This document shows, in pieces, positions 18,098-51,494 of a DNA stretch of 64,000 nt (its first letter is position 1; each line of letters starts with the position of its first letter). The notes beneath the pieces were generated by a model. It was given only the letters and a program-made list of their open reading frames with translations. It was not told where the DNA came from and searched no databases. The DNA is from Balanoglossus misakiensis (lineage: Eukaryota > Animalia > Hemichordata), in NCBI GenBank assembly GCA_040954595.2, contig CM082577.2, positions 9,945,846-10,009,845 of the forward strand. Direction: 5' to 3'. Position numbers and translations under genes: made by a program.

Positions 18098-21000
18098 CAC
18101 TACAGACTGAATGTCCTGCACATGGCGCGCTTGCCTGGCGCGCTCAGTGGCTTGCTGCGCGCGCCAGGGGGCTCGGTCCCTCCGGGCCCAGCAGGCCCAT
18201 GGGCCCGCAGGGCTTGCTAATTAAATGTGTTTGGTGGGCCCGCATTCGGGCCCACCGGGCCCAGCTAGCCCATGGGCCCGCTGCGCTTGCTGTGTTTGGC
18301 GGGCCCGAATGAACACATGAGAAGTCTGTCAGTCTTAGAATGAGAAGAAGGCATGTTTGAGAATTCTGGAGTTAAGAATTGGGCTAGCATGTCACCCGTC
18401 GGAATAAATTAGACGTTTCGTGTGTGTCTGCACATGGACGTAAAAAGAGATGGTCTGCATGTGTCCGAGATGTAATCAATGTGTCATGGTTTACCACGAC
18501 AAATTCTAGCTCAGTCTTCTTGATCGGGCCTAGATTGATCATTGCAACCTAATCATCAAAGTTAGCAAACATGTAAGATAGTTCGCGTTTGCCTGGGGTT
18601 CTACCTCCATTACTCGATCGGACTGTGACTCGATCTCTCTTCGTGGTGTGATGTCGTCGATCGACGCCATGTTTGTTTTAATACATGATTGTACAATCGC
18701 GCGTAGCTATGGTCTGACGCAGGGACTCTCTACCTGTTTCATCGCCTGATAAATTATATGGATATTCTCAAAACAATAGAATGAATATTGTGTTCTGACT
18801 GCATTCTTCGTGTATCAAACTTTTATTTTATTGATTTCCTTTTGTTGTCAGCCACATGCGAGTAGCCTTGCCAATAAACAGTCGTGTTTACTCGGTAAAC
18901 AAGTGGAATCACAGACTTGCCTCAAAAACAAGAGTAGCAGGTGTAGTTCCTTTCTGTCCCACCTCCATGTAACAACATACAATCCGCATCAAACAAGCAC
19001 TCCTGAATAACTATGAAATGTCTAGCTTGTGCTCATTCTGTCAAACTATTGCATAGACTCCAGCCATATTCAATGCCAGTTTAAGTAGATCTTAAACTCA
19101 CCGTCAGTGAGTTAGATACAGGTGCACACATACATGTATGACACTATTGTGAAGTAACATTTCTTTTTATTTTAGAACATGTGAAAAATAATAGGGACAA
19201 GTCACATCAGAGTAGAATAAAAATGTCCTCAAGTACAAATAAACAGCAAAACGGGAAAATGCATCGATGTTGGAACTACTAAAGTCGAGAATCAGCTCTG
19301 AACTTATTCAGTAATCTAGTGCTTGGGACGGAAACTTTAATGCAGAACACACTCTCTCGATATGCAAATATAACTTATTGAAACTCGTTGCCACACAAAC
19401 AAATGACCAGAAACCATCGACACGGCACAGTCTATATATACATGTACACTGAGAAGCCATAGAGACGTGCATGTTCAAATAGACCTTCTGAATAATGATC
19501 CATCGAGCAACAACAACAAAAAGGAAAGGATCCTTTGTACTTTAAATACGACCGAACTTTGCGAGGATTATCGGTTTGTCAATACGGTAACAGGTCGTTT
19601 CGGCCCAAAAGATTTTCGATCCTAATCGTTTCGGCCCCCAATTTTCACGACCCCGGTCTGTTCGGCCGCGACACCCCAGTCGTTTCGGTACTTATCGGTA
19701 ATGGCCCAACTAAACTTGGCACTAGGCCCCCCTGACTCATTGTTGCCTAGTTCAGTAAAGGGGCGATGTCAGTGGGACTGGCAGTGAGGGGAGACGTGCA
19801 TGTTCTCGTTTGTGGTACCGTGTGTTTTGAAATACAGGAGTCGACAAATGTGACGTGTAATAATTTGTACACAATTTTCTTTACCCCAATACAAAAATGC
19901 CTTTCAGCACAGAAAAAAAAACAAAGCAACGCCATTATCGTTAACACCTAATTGTTTCTCCCAATTTGAAGTGGTCTCTTTCGAAGATAAAGGATTCGTC
20001 ATGAGAGTTACTCATTGTACAAACTGACCACCTGTCAGACATTGTGGATTTTCCTTACATTTCTGCTTTCTATCCGAGTTACCACCTGTCACCTGTCAGA
20101 CATTGTGGATTTTCTGCTTTCTATCCGAGTGCAGAGCGGGAAAACCCGCTGAGGCTATACCACTGTCAGAAGAAACAGCGAGGGCTTCGAACGTACTTTT
20201 ATTTTTCACACTTAAATCACTGGCCCATGAATTTTGGCTTTCCTCGAGCCCGCACCCATAAACAAACGTTTATGGTCAGGGCGGAGTCGGTTATTTCCAT
20301 TATATTACCAACAAAATCAAGAAAACCGTCAAAATTTACGAAAATGTCCCACTAGGGGCCCCGGAACTTGTGTTACGCAAAATTTTGTATTCACTTAACT
20401 GTTTGCTAATATTACTATTCAGATTTACGGGGATGTAAACAAACCATTACTGAGTATTTGTGGTCAGTGACGTCGTTCATCTCGACCAATTAAAATGCGA
20501 CGCACAGGCCATGGTAATATAATCCCACGATTTCCCGCGATCCGCCGAGCGCGACGTGTGGTCAAAACAGTGCATCAAGGCAATCGATAAAGCTCTCCGC
20601 CGTTGATGTTTTTTGTTTGTTTGTTTGTTTGTTTTTTTTTTTTGGGGGGGGGGGGGCTTTATCAGCATGTTTGTCGGATTGTCATTCTCTCGTTCAGAAA
20701 GGAAATGTTCCCTTGCATTTGTACAACTAATGTAGTGTAATTGTGTGTTTTAAATGCTTAATAAAGAAAACTAACACTGACAACGGACACATTTTGTTCG
20801 TAGTGAATTAAACGCCCCTCCCTGAATGCCTAGTCTGAAATAAAACTTATGTTGAGAAGGAGAGTTGTACATTGATTAACGTTTTCAACGGTGTAGTACC
20901 GGTGTAGCAACGATCCAGATACGACTCCGACGGAGAATGCTTTTCGCCTGTGCTGCGCCGGTGTTAATTTTCGACAGCGATGACGGGTGGTTCAGATCCA

Positions 21001-22139
21001 GACCGAAGCAAATATACAGTGAGAACGTGACTTTTGATTATGTTTATCTAGGTAACCTATTGTCTTGGGTCAGTTTCCATTGTTGAGTCAATAACACTGG
21101 ACGCGAGTGGTTTTCTAGCCACTCGCAGTTAGCCGGGTCTTCCACCAACTTTAGGTGCTTTCGATCGCCGAAAAGACGAGGCGTTTTCGATTTGTGGATT
21201 AACATCCAGTACTTCTAAACGATATCAAAACGGTCATGAAGAAGGCGACAAAGTCGTCCAGAACGCATATCCAGGTATAGAAACTGAGATATGTTGCAAT
21301 TACATGTCCTCGACGTCCTCAATTTTTGTTAGTTGCCGTGTTCCTAAACATTGCCATTTAGACGGCGTTGATCTCAAAACAATGTCCGTTTAGTGTGTGG
21401 ACGCACACAGATTCTGAGGGCTAATCCCCTGTTAGCAAGAAACAGGAAGTGCTACGATATTCGTCATTTTTAAGTTGCTGCAATTGATCTGTAGTTTGTA
21501 CGTGTATGCTTTACATGTATGCATCTGTGGTAACATAAAACACAGGTTACAAATGAACATAAATGACTACATGTACATAGTGTTTTGAACCACTAGCATT
21601 CTTTATCTGAATTGGAGGTTGCGCAACTAGACTAGAAAAACCAGAAATGCCATGGGATTAATCATAGACCCTATGGATCAATCAAACGTGTTTGGGGTTC
21701 AAACCGACCGGCTTCCTTGCTGGTAAGCAACCGGTGCGCCAGTAGACTGGCCCACTAGTCGCTTGGTGATTTTTAAATCTAAATAGTTAAGGTGTTTTCG
21801 ATGTTTTTTTTGTCTTAATAAATAATTTCAATACTTTTTGCGTGCATGCTTGCTTTCGAATTTGGGACTGAGCTTGTGGTTTCGGGTAGCGTGGGTCTAC
21901 GCGTTCCCTACACATAATGAAGCCCATAGACAAGGAGCAAGCCTAGCGCGCCAGGTAAACAAGCGCGCTTCCTGTGATCCGGCTGGCTATGCAAGCCAGG
22001 TAGCTCATGAATATTCAGGATTCAAGCCTGGCGCGCTCAGCAAGCACGCTCACCGGGCCTGGCGAGCAGGGCGAGCCACCTGGCTTGCTGCGTTCAGGAG
22101 CAGGCGCGCCAGGTAGAACAGGACATTCAGTCTGTAGTG
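18098..22139. mobile_element. Non-autonomous CACTA/EnSpm-type DNA transposon (~4.0 kb)
   Basis: Perfect 21-bp TIRs CACTACAGACTGAATGTCCTG (18098-18118; reverse complement 22119-22139) with TA on both sides. GC-rich subterminal repeats (cttgcctggcgcgc, ggcttgctg, gggccc) occur at both ends. No transposase ORF was recognised. Confidence 0.85.
21743..21945. mobile_element. MITE family A copy 2, nested in the CACTA element
   Basis: Reverse complement of 2303-2533 with a small internal deletion; flanked by GTGCGCCAG (21734-21742) and GCGCGCCAG (21946-21954), 9 bp with 1 mismatch. Confidence 0.85.
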
Positions 22140-23115
22140 TACATGTACATGTAATGCAGAATACAATTAACACTCTGACTTCGTAGAAGTCAGTTAAAGA
22201 ATGTGTATGTTTTCTTGGTGTGCATACTTTTCACAGTTTTGGTCAAATTCCTCGGTACTTAAATTTAACAAAATTCCCAACATTTTGCCGGTTTTGTATA
22301 TATTCAGTTCATTGCAATTGAAAGTAAATATAGCTCCAGAAATTGAGATTATTTTTCTGTTTATTGGAATGGTTGTATCACGGAGGCGTTTATTTTATGT
22401 TGATTTGCAAGTGCCTACAGTATGCAGTATGGATGTAGCGAGACGCTGTTATCATTTGCATCAACAAGGCAAAATTGAAGTAACAACTGTAAAAAGATCT
22501 GTCGTCACCATGGTCGAAACAAATTACTTCCATAACCATTTCCTCCAGCATGCCCCCCCCCCCGATATCAAAAGGGTTGACCCTTAAGCCCCGGGAACAC
22601 AACTTCGCAAAAAGCAAAGCAAAGCAAAGCATAGGTGTACGTACACTTTGCAAGCAAAAATAACGCACTGATTTTCAAGTTTCCTCGACACCTACAGGCT
22701 AATTCCTGGCTAATTCCAGGTATAACCGAATTACTGAGTTTTGAATAAAATACATGCAATTTGATATTTCACAACCTTTAGCTGATTGATTTTTGACAAC
22801 CATATTGATCACGCACGGACCATCATTTTTTTATGACGAGGAGACAGGCGTTTACGTTTTTCGCAAACATTAATTAGGGCATAATGCCCTCAAAAACTTG
22901 ACAACGGTGCCCATCACCTGCAATTTTAGGCCCATTCCCTTATCACATCACTTTAAATCTAGGCCAGTGGGGCCGGTATAAACTGTTGTGAACATCACAA
23001 ACTGGTACTGATAAACTTCGAGTTTTTGAACTTTAGCATTCAGTATTAAAGGTACCAGTGTAGTCAAAGCTAATTAGGACTCTGCGCATTGTAATATTTA
23101 GTTGGGGACAACAAC

Positions 23116-27925
<4,810 letters not shown>

Positions 27926-28314
27926 GCTGCTGGCGACCAACATTATGGATTCTACATGTATAGGACCATTTGATTGTGCCACAGATATTGTAGCGGCTGC
28001 CATATTCGATTCTTCCAATATCAAAATTGACAAAAAAGCCCCGACGAACAGTGCAACACTTGCATACACGGGACACTGAGAACATCAGTAGCACGTGTCC
28101 GGAATCATGGTAAATGAGATCCCGAAATAAATAGCGTTAATATCCATTGGAAAATAAACACTTATCAAATGTAGAATTAACACAAACAATGGACGTAAAA
28201 AATATGGTCTTGAAGGACGCCTTCATTTCAAGACTCAAGGGAAATACGTTGCTTGTGTACATCCGCTACAATCACGAGAAAGACAAATTAAACTTACGAT
28301 AAAAAATAAATGTG

Positions 28315-28318
<4 letters not shown>

Positions 28319-28371
<53 letters not shown>
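28319..28371. repeat. (CT)n microsatellite
   Basis: Direct reading. Confidence 0.97.
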
Positions 28372-28375
<4 letters not shown>

Positions 28376-28930
28376 CAAATTATAACACGGACTTCCATAT
28401 CTTGTATGTCCATTCTCATTCCGTTATCGCGCGTTGGGCCCCAGCATGAGCTAGCGAGTATCCGGTCGATTGGACCGCAAATAGGACCCAAATCACATTT
28501 GTCTGTGCCCAAGATTCTCAAGTAAAATCACCCCACCCCACACCAGCCACGTCACTCAAATTTAACGGATGCGACCCGATCAACATGACCCCTTTCACTT
28601 CTAGTTCTACGCTTGGTCTAAAAATTGAGCCATATTTATTCCCAATGATCAAACGCAGACAGCGAATCCTACGAACACTGGAAATAAACTGACATAATTA
28701 TATTAAAAGTACGTGGGGCGCCAACAATAGCCAAGAACAACAGTCTAATTATTGCCTCAGCCCGCCAATTAAATTGTGTTGCTTTGAGCATGACATCCGA
28801 CATCCGTTACCTTTAACATGCGTGAAAGATACAAAGTGGTACAGGTATCTAGGAGTCATCACTGTCCTCGATAACACTGGTCTGATCCAGGACACTTCAC
28901 AACGGTCATTTTTATAGTCGGAAGGACAAG

Positions 28931-31480
28931 ATGGACGTGCGAACAACCGTGGGTATTTCCTTTGTCATCGGTGTGCTTCTCAGTGTATCGAATGTCTCTA
29001 CCTACGATGGCGACACTGTGCTTGTGAGTGTCCCTTCTCAGGGAGACTTCAGAGGAAGGCGATATCAAATGGACGAGGCGGGAATTTACTTCATCAACTT
29101 CTTCGGCCGGGTCCCATTTGCCGCGCCACCGGTTGGCGATCTGCGTTTCCGCCCTCCTGGAGCGGCACCGACGTGGGAAGGCGAGCGGGACTCGACCTAC
29201 TACGGCCCCGCTTGTCCGCAGCTGGGGTCGATTTTCTACAACTTCTCCTCGCCCGAACTCCCCACACCAACCCCTCCTGATCTTGGACCCCCGGGCCCTG
29301 GGATGTCCTTCATGGAGTCAATGGTTGCGGCCGAGTTCCTTAATATACTCTCCCCAGAATTAGTTGAACCGATGATTGACTTGCCGCAACCGATCAAGGA
29401 CAAATTGGAGGAACTCATCGGGAGCTTGCCAATCGACCTGGATAGAATCGTTGGCCTCATCAGGAATATATCGGAGAGCAATTTGACGCTCAGTGACGTC
29501 ATGGACGAAGATTGCCTGTATCTGAACATATACGCACCAGAGGTAGAATTGAATTGAATTATTCAATGTTGCAATGCATACCGATTTTCATCAAACAAAG
29601 CCATGACTTCAGGAAAATGTTAATTTCATCAACAAATTCCTTATATGCAGAAAGAATTTTGTGACTGGTTAAATATTTCTCTTAATTTTGTCGACAGTAT
29701 AAAAAACATATTCAGCCCCCGCACAGTTATTCATTTTTCGTTCTTTCGATAACATTTTAGTACGTGACTGGTTTATTTTAATGCGAATCAAAAGCATTGT
29801 ATACGGCTCATTTTACCAAAAAATTGCCACGTGAACTCCAGAACCGACCATGGAAATTGTCACAATGTTCTCTCTCTCTCACTCATGCCAGAAAAAAGAC
29901 AGCACGGTGAAATATCCAGTGATGGTATTCATTCAGGGAGGCGGTTACTACGTGGGGACATCTATGTACTTGTACGATGGCAGAGTTCTGGCGGAGAGGA
30001 AGCAAGCCCTGGTCGTGACCTTGAACTATCGCCTTGGCGCATTAGGTATTTCATAAAATGGACGACAATTACTGATTTCGTGAAAAACTTTAGCCCTGTA
30101 CGTAATACTTTGCCCAGTAAAATATACCCTTAAACTAATAACTCACTACTAGGGATACATTCTCTCTCTCCCTCTCTCAATCTCTTCATTCTCCGTGGTA
30201 AAGGTTATTTGTCGACGATGGATGAAGTGTCTCCCGGGAACTACGGAATGCTGGACCAGGTTGCTGCCATGGAATGGGTTCGGAACAACATCGAGTATTT
30301 CGGAGGCGACAAGGATTCCATCACGTTGTTCGGTCAGAGTGCCGGATCGACCAGCGTTGGTCTTCATCTCATATCACCAATGACATCAGGTGAGAGTCTT
30401 TTACTACCAGTAAATGGCGCGTTGTCAGATTATGCAGTGTGACTAGTGTCGGTTATGAAAATTTAAGTCTTTTGTCCTATCGTCTTTGGTGAAATCTTGG
30501 TGAGTTGGTGTCGCAAATTCAAACAACGTGCGCATTAAAGGGGCATACAAAGTTCCTTCTTTGTGGTATTTTTGTGAGATTTAGAATTCATGGAATACGT
30601 CCATGAAGTTTTTCAGAGTATAAGAAATGACGTGGAGTGTGCTGCTGTCAAAATCAAGCTATCTATATAATTAAAGTAAGATTTTGAGAAAAAATGGTGA
30701 CCATCTTTAGAGATTTTAGTCACATGTCAGCGATTCTGAAATATTTCCGATTGTCTACTATGACCGTATTTTGGTGGACTGCTACCCAGCAAATTCGTCA
30801 GAAAGATGCTTGTTGAGTGGACCACTTTGTTTTAATTTTCCTATATGGCAAGGATTAAATACCCATTGTATGTTAATTCGCATTCCTTAAAGGTCCTTTG
30901 TTATTATCATAAATGTATATCTGTCGACATCACCAAGGCGCACCTGAAGCAATTTGGGCCAAAATTGGCTTGTCAAGCTGTGACTGACACTATTTCAATA
31001 AACCATTTCGCGCATATCCTAAGCTTATCGCACGATCAAGAAAATGTATACCGAGGAGGTACATGTATATTATATGAATTTCGTTTCCATCTTCAGGTCT
31101 GTTCCACAGAGTGATCCAACAGAGCGGCAGTCCATTGAGCACCTGGTCAGTGATGACACCCCCATACGATCCGTTGAACGGTACCTACGGCCTGGCAGAC
31201 AACATTGGCTGCCCACGCCAACCTCACACCGATTTAATCGATTGTCTAAGGACGCGAGACGCTCTGGCAATTTCCTATTACTCACCCCTGGTAGGGATCA
31301 GTAATACCAGTAAATGCATGTCCAGAGACAGACAAAATGACGACAGACAGTACAGACAGACAGACAGACAGACAACGTTCGATGGCATTACATTTGGCAT
31401 GTACTTTAAAAATCACGACGACTCTAGTTTTTGCTGAATTAGCAGAAAGTCTGAAATTATATATCATCACAGTTAAACAG

Positions 31481-31525
<45 letters not shown>

Positions 31526-32264
31526 ATGGGTAATCAGACAAGCATGTAGGTCGGATGTGTTGGTAAGGTTGATAAAAGCAATATTTACATAATAGCGATA
31601 GCGATTCCAATGACAGAAACAACAAAGGCGTATCTTTTTTCGGGGTAGAGGTGATTTCTGATCAAAACACTGATTCAATCCGGGTATTATCAATGATAGG
31701 GTCAGAGAGCATCAGCCCAAAGGCAGAACACACATATCTGTGATACAAACCTTTTGTGTGTGTGTGTTAAGATAACTTTATGATACGGCCCTTGCTGTCT
31801 TGCGTTACACATTATTTAATTATATATACAGCATCAGTTTTTTTAAAGTTCGATGGCATTACATTTACCTGCAACAGTTTATATTATAATCTTGCTAATA
31901 TCGTTCACTATCATTTTCACCTGTCAGAATCACGACTTGACGGCTTTCATTCCCGTAGTGGACGGCGCGGGCGGCTTTCTGCCTGACGAACCGATTACCT
32001 TGATGGAAAACGGCCAATTTCACAACGTCTCTGTGCTGCTGGGCTACACGAGTGACGAGATGAGCCAAAACATGGGTATGCTTATGATCTGGATGCCTGT
32101 ATTTGAAACACTCAACACACCCAAACTGAAATCAGTAAACGGACTACGAGCGATAGAGTCCCTCTCATTGTATACGTTTTAAACCAACTCTCTATTCGCA
32201 TTCGAACTTTGTTGATATTATCATTACGTTATGAACCCCGTCTATCTGTCTGTCTGTCTGTGTA

Positions 32265-32298
<34 letters not shown>

Positions 32299-34227
32299 CG
32301 CTACGTTATATTTCAAACATACTTGTTCCCTACAGTTATGTTTCAAGACCCCGCGAATGGCATAACTCGCGACGAGTTCCGAAGTGCAATAATGGAATAT
32401 GCGACACAACGAGCCTATTATTCTGAGAACGCCCATCCAGAGGATATCGCCAGAGCAGTAGAGTACGCCTACACACCGTGGGAAGATCCCGAAGACAAAC
32501 TATTACTCAGGGATCAATACATGGAAGTAAGGAACGGCAATTGCCATAGTATAAATTATCCATTTGCCTAATGGCGCCCTCTATTCTGCGATACGTCACC
32601 ATAGAAAATTGTGAATCTCGCATCAAAATAAACATACTAGTACACACCGAGACGAATGTTACGTGATGTCTAAATGACGCGCGGAACATTTAAACAATCT
32701 AATGTAGTGATTGGAATTGTTTTAATACACCACACATTGTGTATGTGATCAAGAGCCATCATAATGATTTTACCAAGTTGACAGTTACTGGCGAGTGGCT
32801 GCCGAAAGTGACAGCACTTTTGTATTTTGTAGTTTTTAGATGAGAACATGTTTGATGCCGGAGTACACTGGCAGGCAAGACTGAGCGCGGCGGCCGGCCT
32901 GGATTCTTACATGTATCGCTTCAATCACCCGAGTGGGCTCTTTGCAGATTGGATGGGTGAGGATGACTCTACTGCATTCTTCTGTGATGACACTTCTATA
33001 CACTCGTTTAGTTAAAGTTTTCGCTTTTTTACTTCTGTGTTTATTCATCCATGTAATGTTAAAAAAACATGGTTGGAGACGTACATTTTACTTCATATAA
33101 TCATCTACATGTAATAAGTGCAGTAAGAGGTACAAAGTCTTGTATCTACATGTATATTAACACTGTCGAAGTGTGATTGGACATATCTTTTCAAGTTCCA
33201 CATCAAAGAACTCATCGTATGAAACACATACTTAGCCTAATTGATAAGATGGGATTGGCAATGGAAGGGAGAGTGTGACTGATACACAGGACTGCATTCT
33301 TAAAAAAAACCCAGAAAGTTACAACTTTTGTCCATTGTATAACCATCACAGGGGCTGTTCACACTGACGATCTGTGGTACGTTTTTGGAACGCCTTACAA
33401 CCCGGACAAGTTTACATTCATGAACTGGACACAGGCAGATCGTGACGTCACGGACACCGTTCAGGGACTGTGGTATAACTTCGCCGCAACAGGGTAAGTA
33501 GAATCGGACGAAATCCCTAACAGGGATTTGTGCTCGGATCGAAACCACTGCAGGCTGTGGTCAACGATGGTTTTTAAACGGCGTCAGTGCACTCACTACC
33601 CGCACAGCCTCTTCCATGAGTGGGCCTAAATGTTCTCGATCCCTTTTAGTGTCCGCTGAATCCAAGAATCGTGCTGATAGGTTTCGAAAGCTAAAACCAA
33701 TGCGTTTGCATAGAAAATGGAATTTGGACGTTTGATTCGCGTATTGCTAGGATGCACACTTGCGAATTCACGAAGTCTCTCGTTCTCTTCTCTGTCTCTG
33801 TCCCTCTCCATCGCTCCGGCCCTTTCCCCCTCTCTCTTTCCCTCTCTCTCACCCCTCTCTCTCTCGCTCTCCCTCTATCCCCCTTCTCCCTCTCCCCATC
33901 TGCAGAGACCCCCTGTCGTCGCCAGTGCCCGGCGTTGAGGGCGACTGGGAGACTTTCACCAGGTACCACCAGAAACTGCTGCACATCGAGCACCCGACCA
34001 GCAGAATCGTGGACGAACCTATCCGTTTTGATGCGCACGCGTACTGGATGTTCTACGAGCCGGAGGTCCTCAAGTCGGCATCGCGAGAACAACAGTGCGA
34101 GTCTTGTGTCACAGCGCCGCCCTGCGAGCCGGTGCAAGTCAGCGCCGGAAGTCGTATTTTTCCTGATTTTCTGATGGCGGTAGTCGGTCTGTTTATCGCG
34201 ATGCTGTACAGCTGCCCCTTATATTGA
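28931..34227 (+). CDS. Type-B carboxylesterase/lipase paralog 4, predicted GPI-anchored; exons 28931-29542, 29892-30045, 30204-30389, 31097-31290, 31928-32075, 32336-32526, 32833-32956, 33352-33493, 33906-34227
   Basis: IQGGG, GQSAG, GYTSDE, GAVHTDDL; tail CESCVTAPPC...VSAG followed by a hydrophobic stretch. Confidence 0.93.
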
Positions 34228-35123
34228 TTAAACAGTGCATAAAATTCACCGTCGCTTTTGAATTTTTCTAATAATTACTGAATTGAAGTTAAGCGATATA
34301 GTGACATTATGAAGACGAGTTAAGACATTTATATTGCCAACAAACACCAGGATTCTCATAGTAACGTTAACTTAGAATGGACCATCATTTACTCTGTGTT
34401 ATTATCGATGTATAGCCCACTGAACTTCGGATTAAGATGGGTCCTTAATAGTAGAAAATTTTAACATTCATGTGTAATGGGAAATAAAATTGGTTCATAA
34501 ACATCAGAACCGCATGCGAAGTCGTATTTATTACAAACTTTTTTACATGTGAGAATCATAATAGTGTTTGCCTTAAAGCCCCACTGAGGCATGAGGTACA
34601 ACTTTCACAGAAATATGATGACCTAAAATATCACCAACATGTAAGACTTAAATTTTGTGGATCGATGCAGTCCAGTAGTTCTGGTTTCGTCGTCAACGCA
34701 TTATGAAATGTGTATATCAGTCCACCCCTGGCCAAAACGTTAATTGGACTTCTCAGCAAAACTGCGACAGGTGCACATTCGTTGTAGTCCCCCCCCCCTG
34801 TCTTCACTCTGTAATACAGACTTGAACAATTGCACGCGATCGTCTGTCAACGCGACAGAGGACGTGTACTGTATGAACGCATTGCAAGTCGGGTTGTGTC
34901 GCCTTCTTACAATTGATATCGTTCATTACATCACAGATAAGACTCTTTTAAGGTTTATTTTGGTAACGATGGTACCACCCCATTGTAATTCGTATATGCT
35001 TAGTTCAGCTACATGTATTTTTGTATTTTCTTATATCTTAATTCGAATCTATTTTGTCGATATACCAAGCGATAAAGTGAAGTTAAGTCCTTGCCAGCTA
35101 TTACCGGTAAGTCCTCTGTCATC

Positions 35124-44595
<9,472 letters not shown>

Positions 44596-45391
44596 CGCGT
44601 ATGGACGCAGGGTGAAGTCAAGTGTCATCATGGCAACACCTATAAAAGTCCACATTAATCTGACGTAGAACTGAAGTTTCGTGATTCAAGGAAGTAAAAT
44701 AAACACACGGAAACGGCTAGTCTTTTTTTCAATATATAGCAGTAAGTGCACATTGAAATGGTGGTTATCCACGTGATTTGTCGATGTACTTTCTAAACAG
44801 AAGATTACACGAAACAATTGTTTGCTTTTCTGAATGTCGTAAAATTGGTGTCAGAACGAGAGATTAAAGTTACATTTTGTCCTCGATTTCAGTAGTAATG
44901 TCTTCAATTATACTAATTTCACACAATGTGTATCATACAGTGAAATCACTCGAGTGATAAACCGAGATTATTCGGCAATTGCTGAGCTTAGTTACATTTG
45001 CTTACGAAAACGATTCATCACGTTTTCACCGCAACGTGTTTCACACGATAAGTTCCAACACAAGACAAGCCAACGTGTCTGTAAGTTTAGCATTTGGTCG
45101 GGAAATTTGACCCCCCCCCCCTGGCAAATGCCGGTGTATAACTACACTATATCACATATGCCGCGATGTTGTTGAACGTTGCCACCTAGCTAATCACTGC
45201 ATGTGTGTTACATCAGAGAAATAAGGGAGATAAGATTCCCTTGAAGGTTTCTCTGTTATGTCTCGTACGATGTTCTCTTGCCCTGTAATCAGTACACAGC
45301 GGATAATGTTTGCAGAGCGAACGCCCCATAGCTACACTGTATATCCTGTAGTATTAGAGAAGTCGTTCATCACTCAAGGAACATATCCGTG

Positions 45392-50363
<4,972 letters not shown>

Positions 50364-51494
50364 GACTGAGCCCAATTCACATACCGAAGGCTGAACTATG
50401 AGTCCACTGACCATACAGAAACATGACAGGTGTCGATTTTTACAATTTCATTTGATAATTCGTGACGATGCTACTGTTGATCATGGAATCTTTAAAGAGG
50501 GGAAGGTCGTCAGAACTGCACATGCGCGATTCTTTTGTACAATGTAAACACAACATCGCCATTGGCATCGTCAGCACTATTCATGCAGGGAGACCCTGCC
50601 GGCCAATGCACTTTATATTATCAAAGTAAATCGGAAATGACATGATTTCCAGTGTCATACAAAAGTGACAACAACATTATTTGAAACGATGTACATTGTA
50701 GCAGGAAAAATCTAGACAGTGTCGTATGGTTCCGGGAAAGCGACCTTCAAGAACATTCATTTCGTTTTTAATTCTTATTTTGGGGAGGGGAGGGGGACAA
50801 CTCACCTTCAAACATGCAAACTTTATACAAACACATGTATCCCTACGTAGCCATTAAATAACAAGAATATGGTAACCATGGTGTTTGCTTTTTATGGTCT
50901 CACAATCAAAACGTGTACCTTCAAAAATTCGGATATGATTATTTCTTGAAATAAAAATTATTAATATTGTTGAATTTTGACATCGTGGAATTATTTATCG
51001 AGAATTTTATGACTATTCACAGGTGAAGGGTGTTCCGATGTATCAATTGACTTGGAGCGACGTTTAAGGCCTTCTGCGTGTTCCATGTTGTCCGACAGTC
51101 AGTCAATAACCGCACATTTGCATATGAAACTTACCAGGGATAGAGATTTCATTAAAAACAGCGCTATACGACATGAGACTAGTTGCATTGAAATACGGTA
51201 TATTGCAAATTTGCATATTTTCGGTCAATACGTACATGTGAGCATATTCAGTTCATATCTGGTTTATGTAAGATCTGTCCGAGGCTTCTATTCGATTCAC
51301 GAGAATGGTCCTTGTCACGCAAACCGTGGCACCATGATCACCTGTCGGCAGAAACGGCGACAGAAAATTGGCACTTTTATCAAAACATGTGATAAACCAC
51401 TTGGGTATGACAAGACAAGACAGGCCGCGTTGTTCCATTTAAAAGGCAGTGGTTCGGCTAGCTCGAGTCAGAGACGTCCATCATCACGCTCACC

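Noticed and set aside
18120-18310. GC-rich island as a possible promoter or ORF (18032-18220)
   Set aside because: It is the subterminal repeat region of the CACTA element and is mirrored at ~21945-22115.
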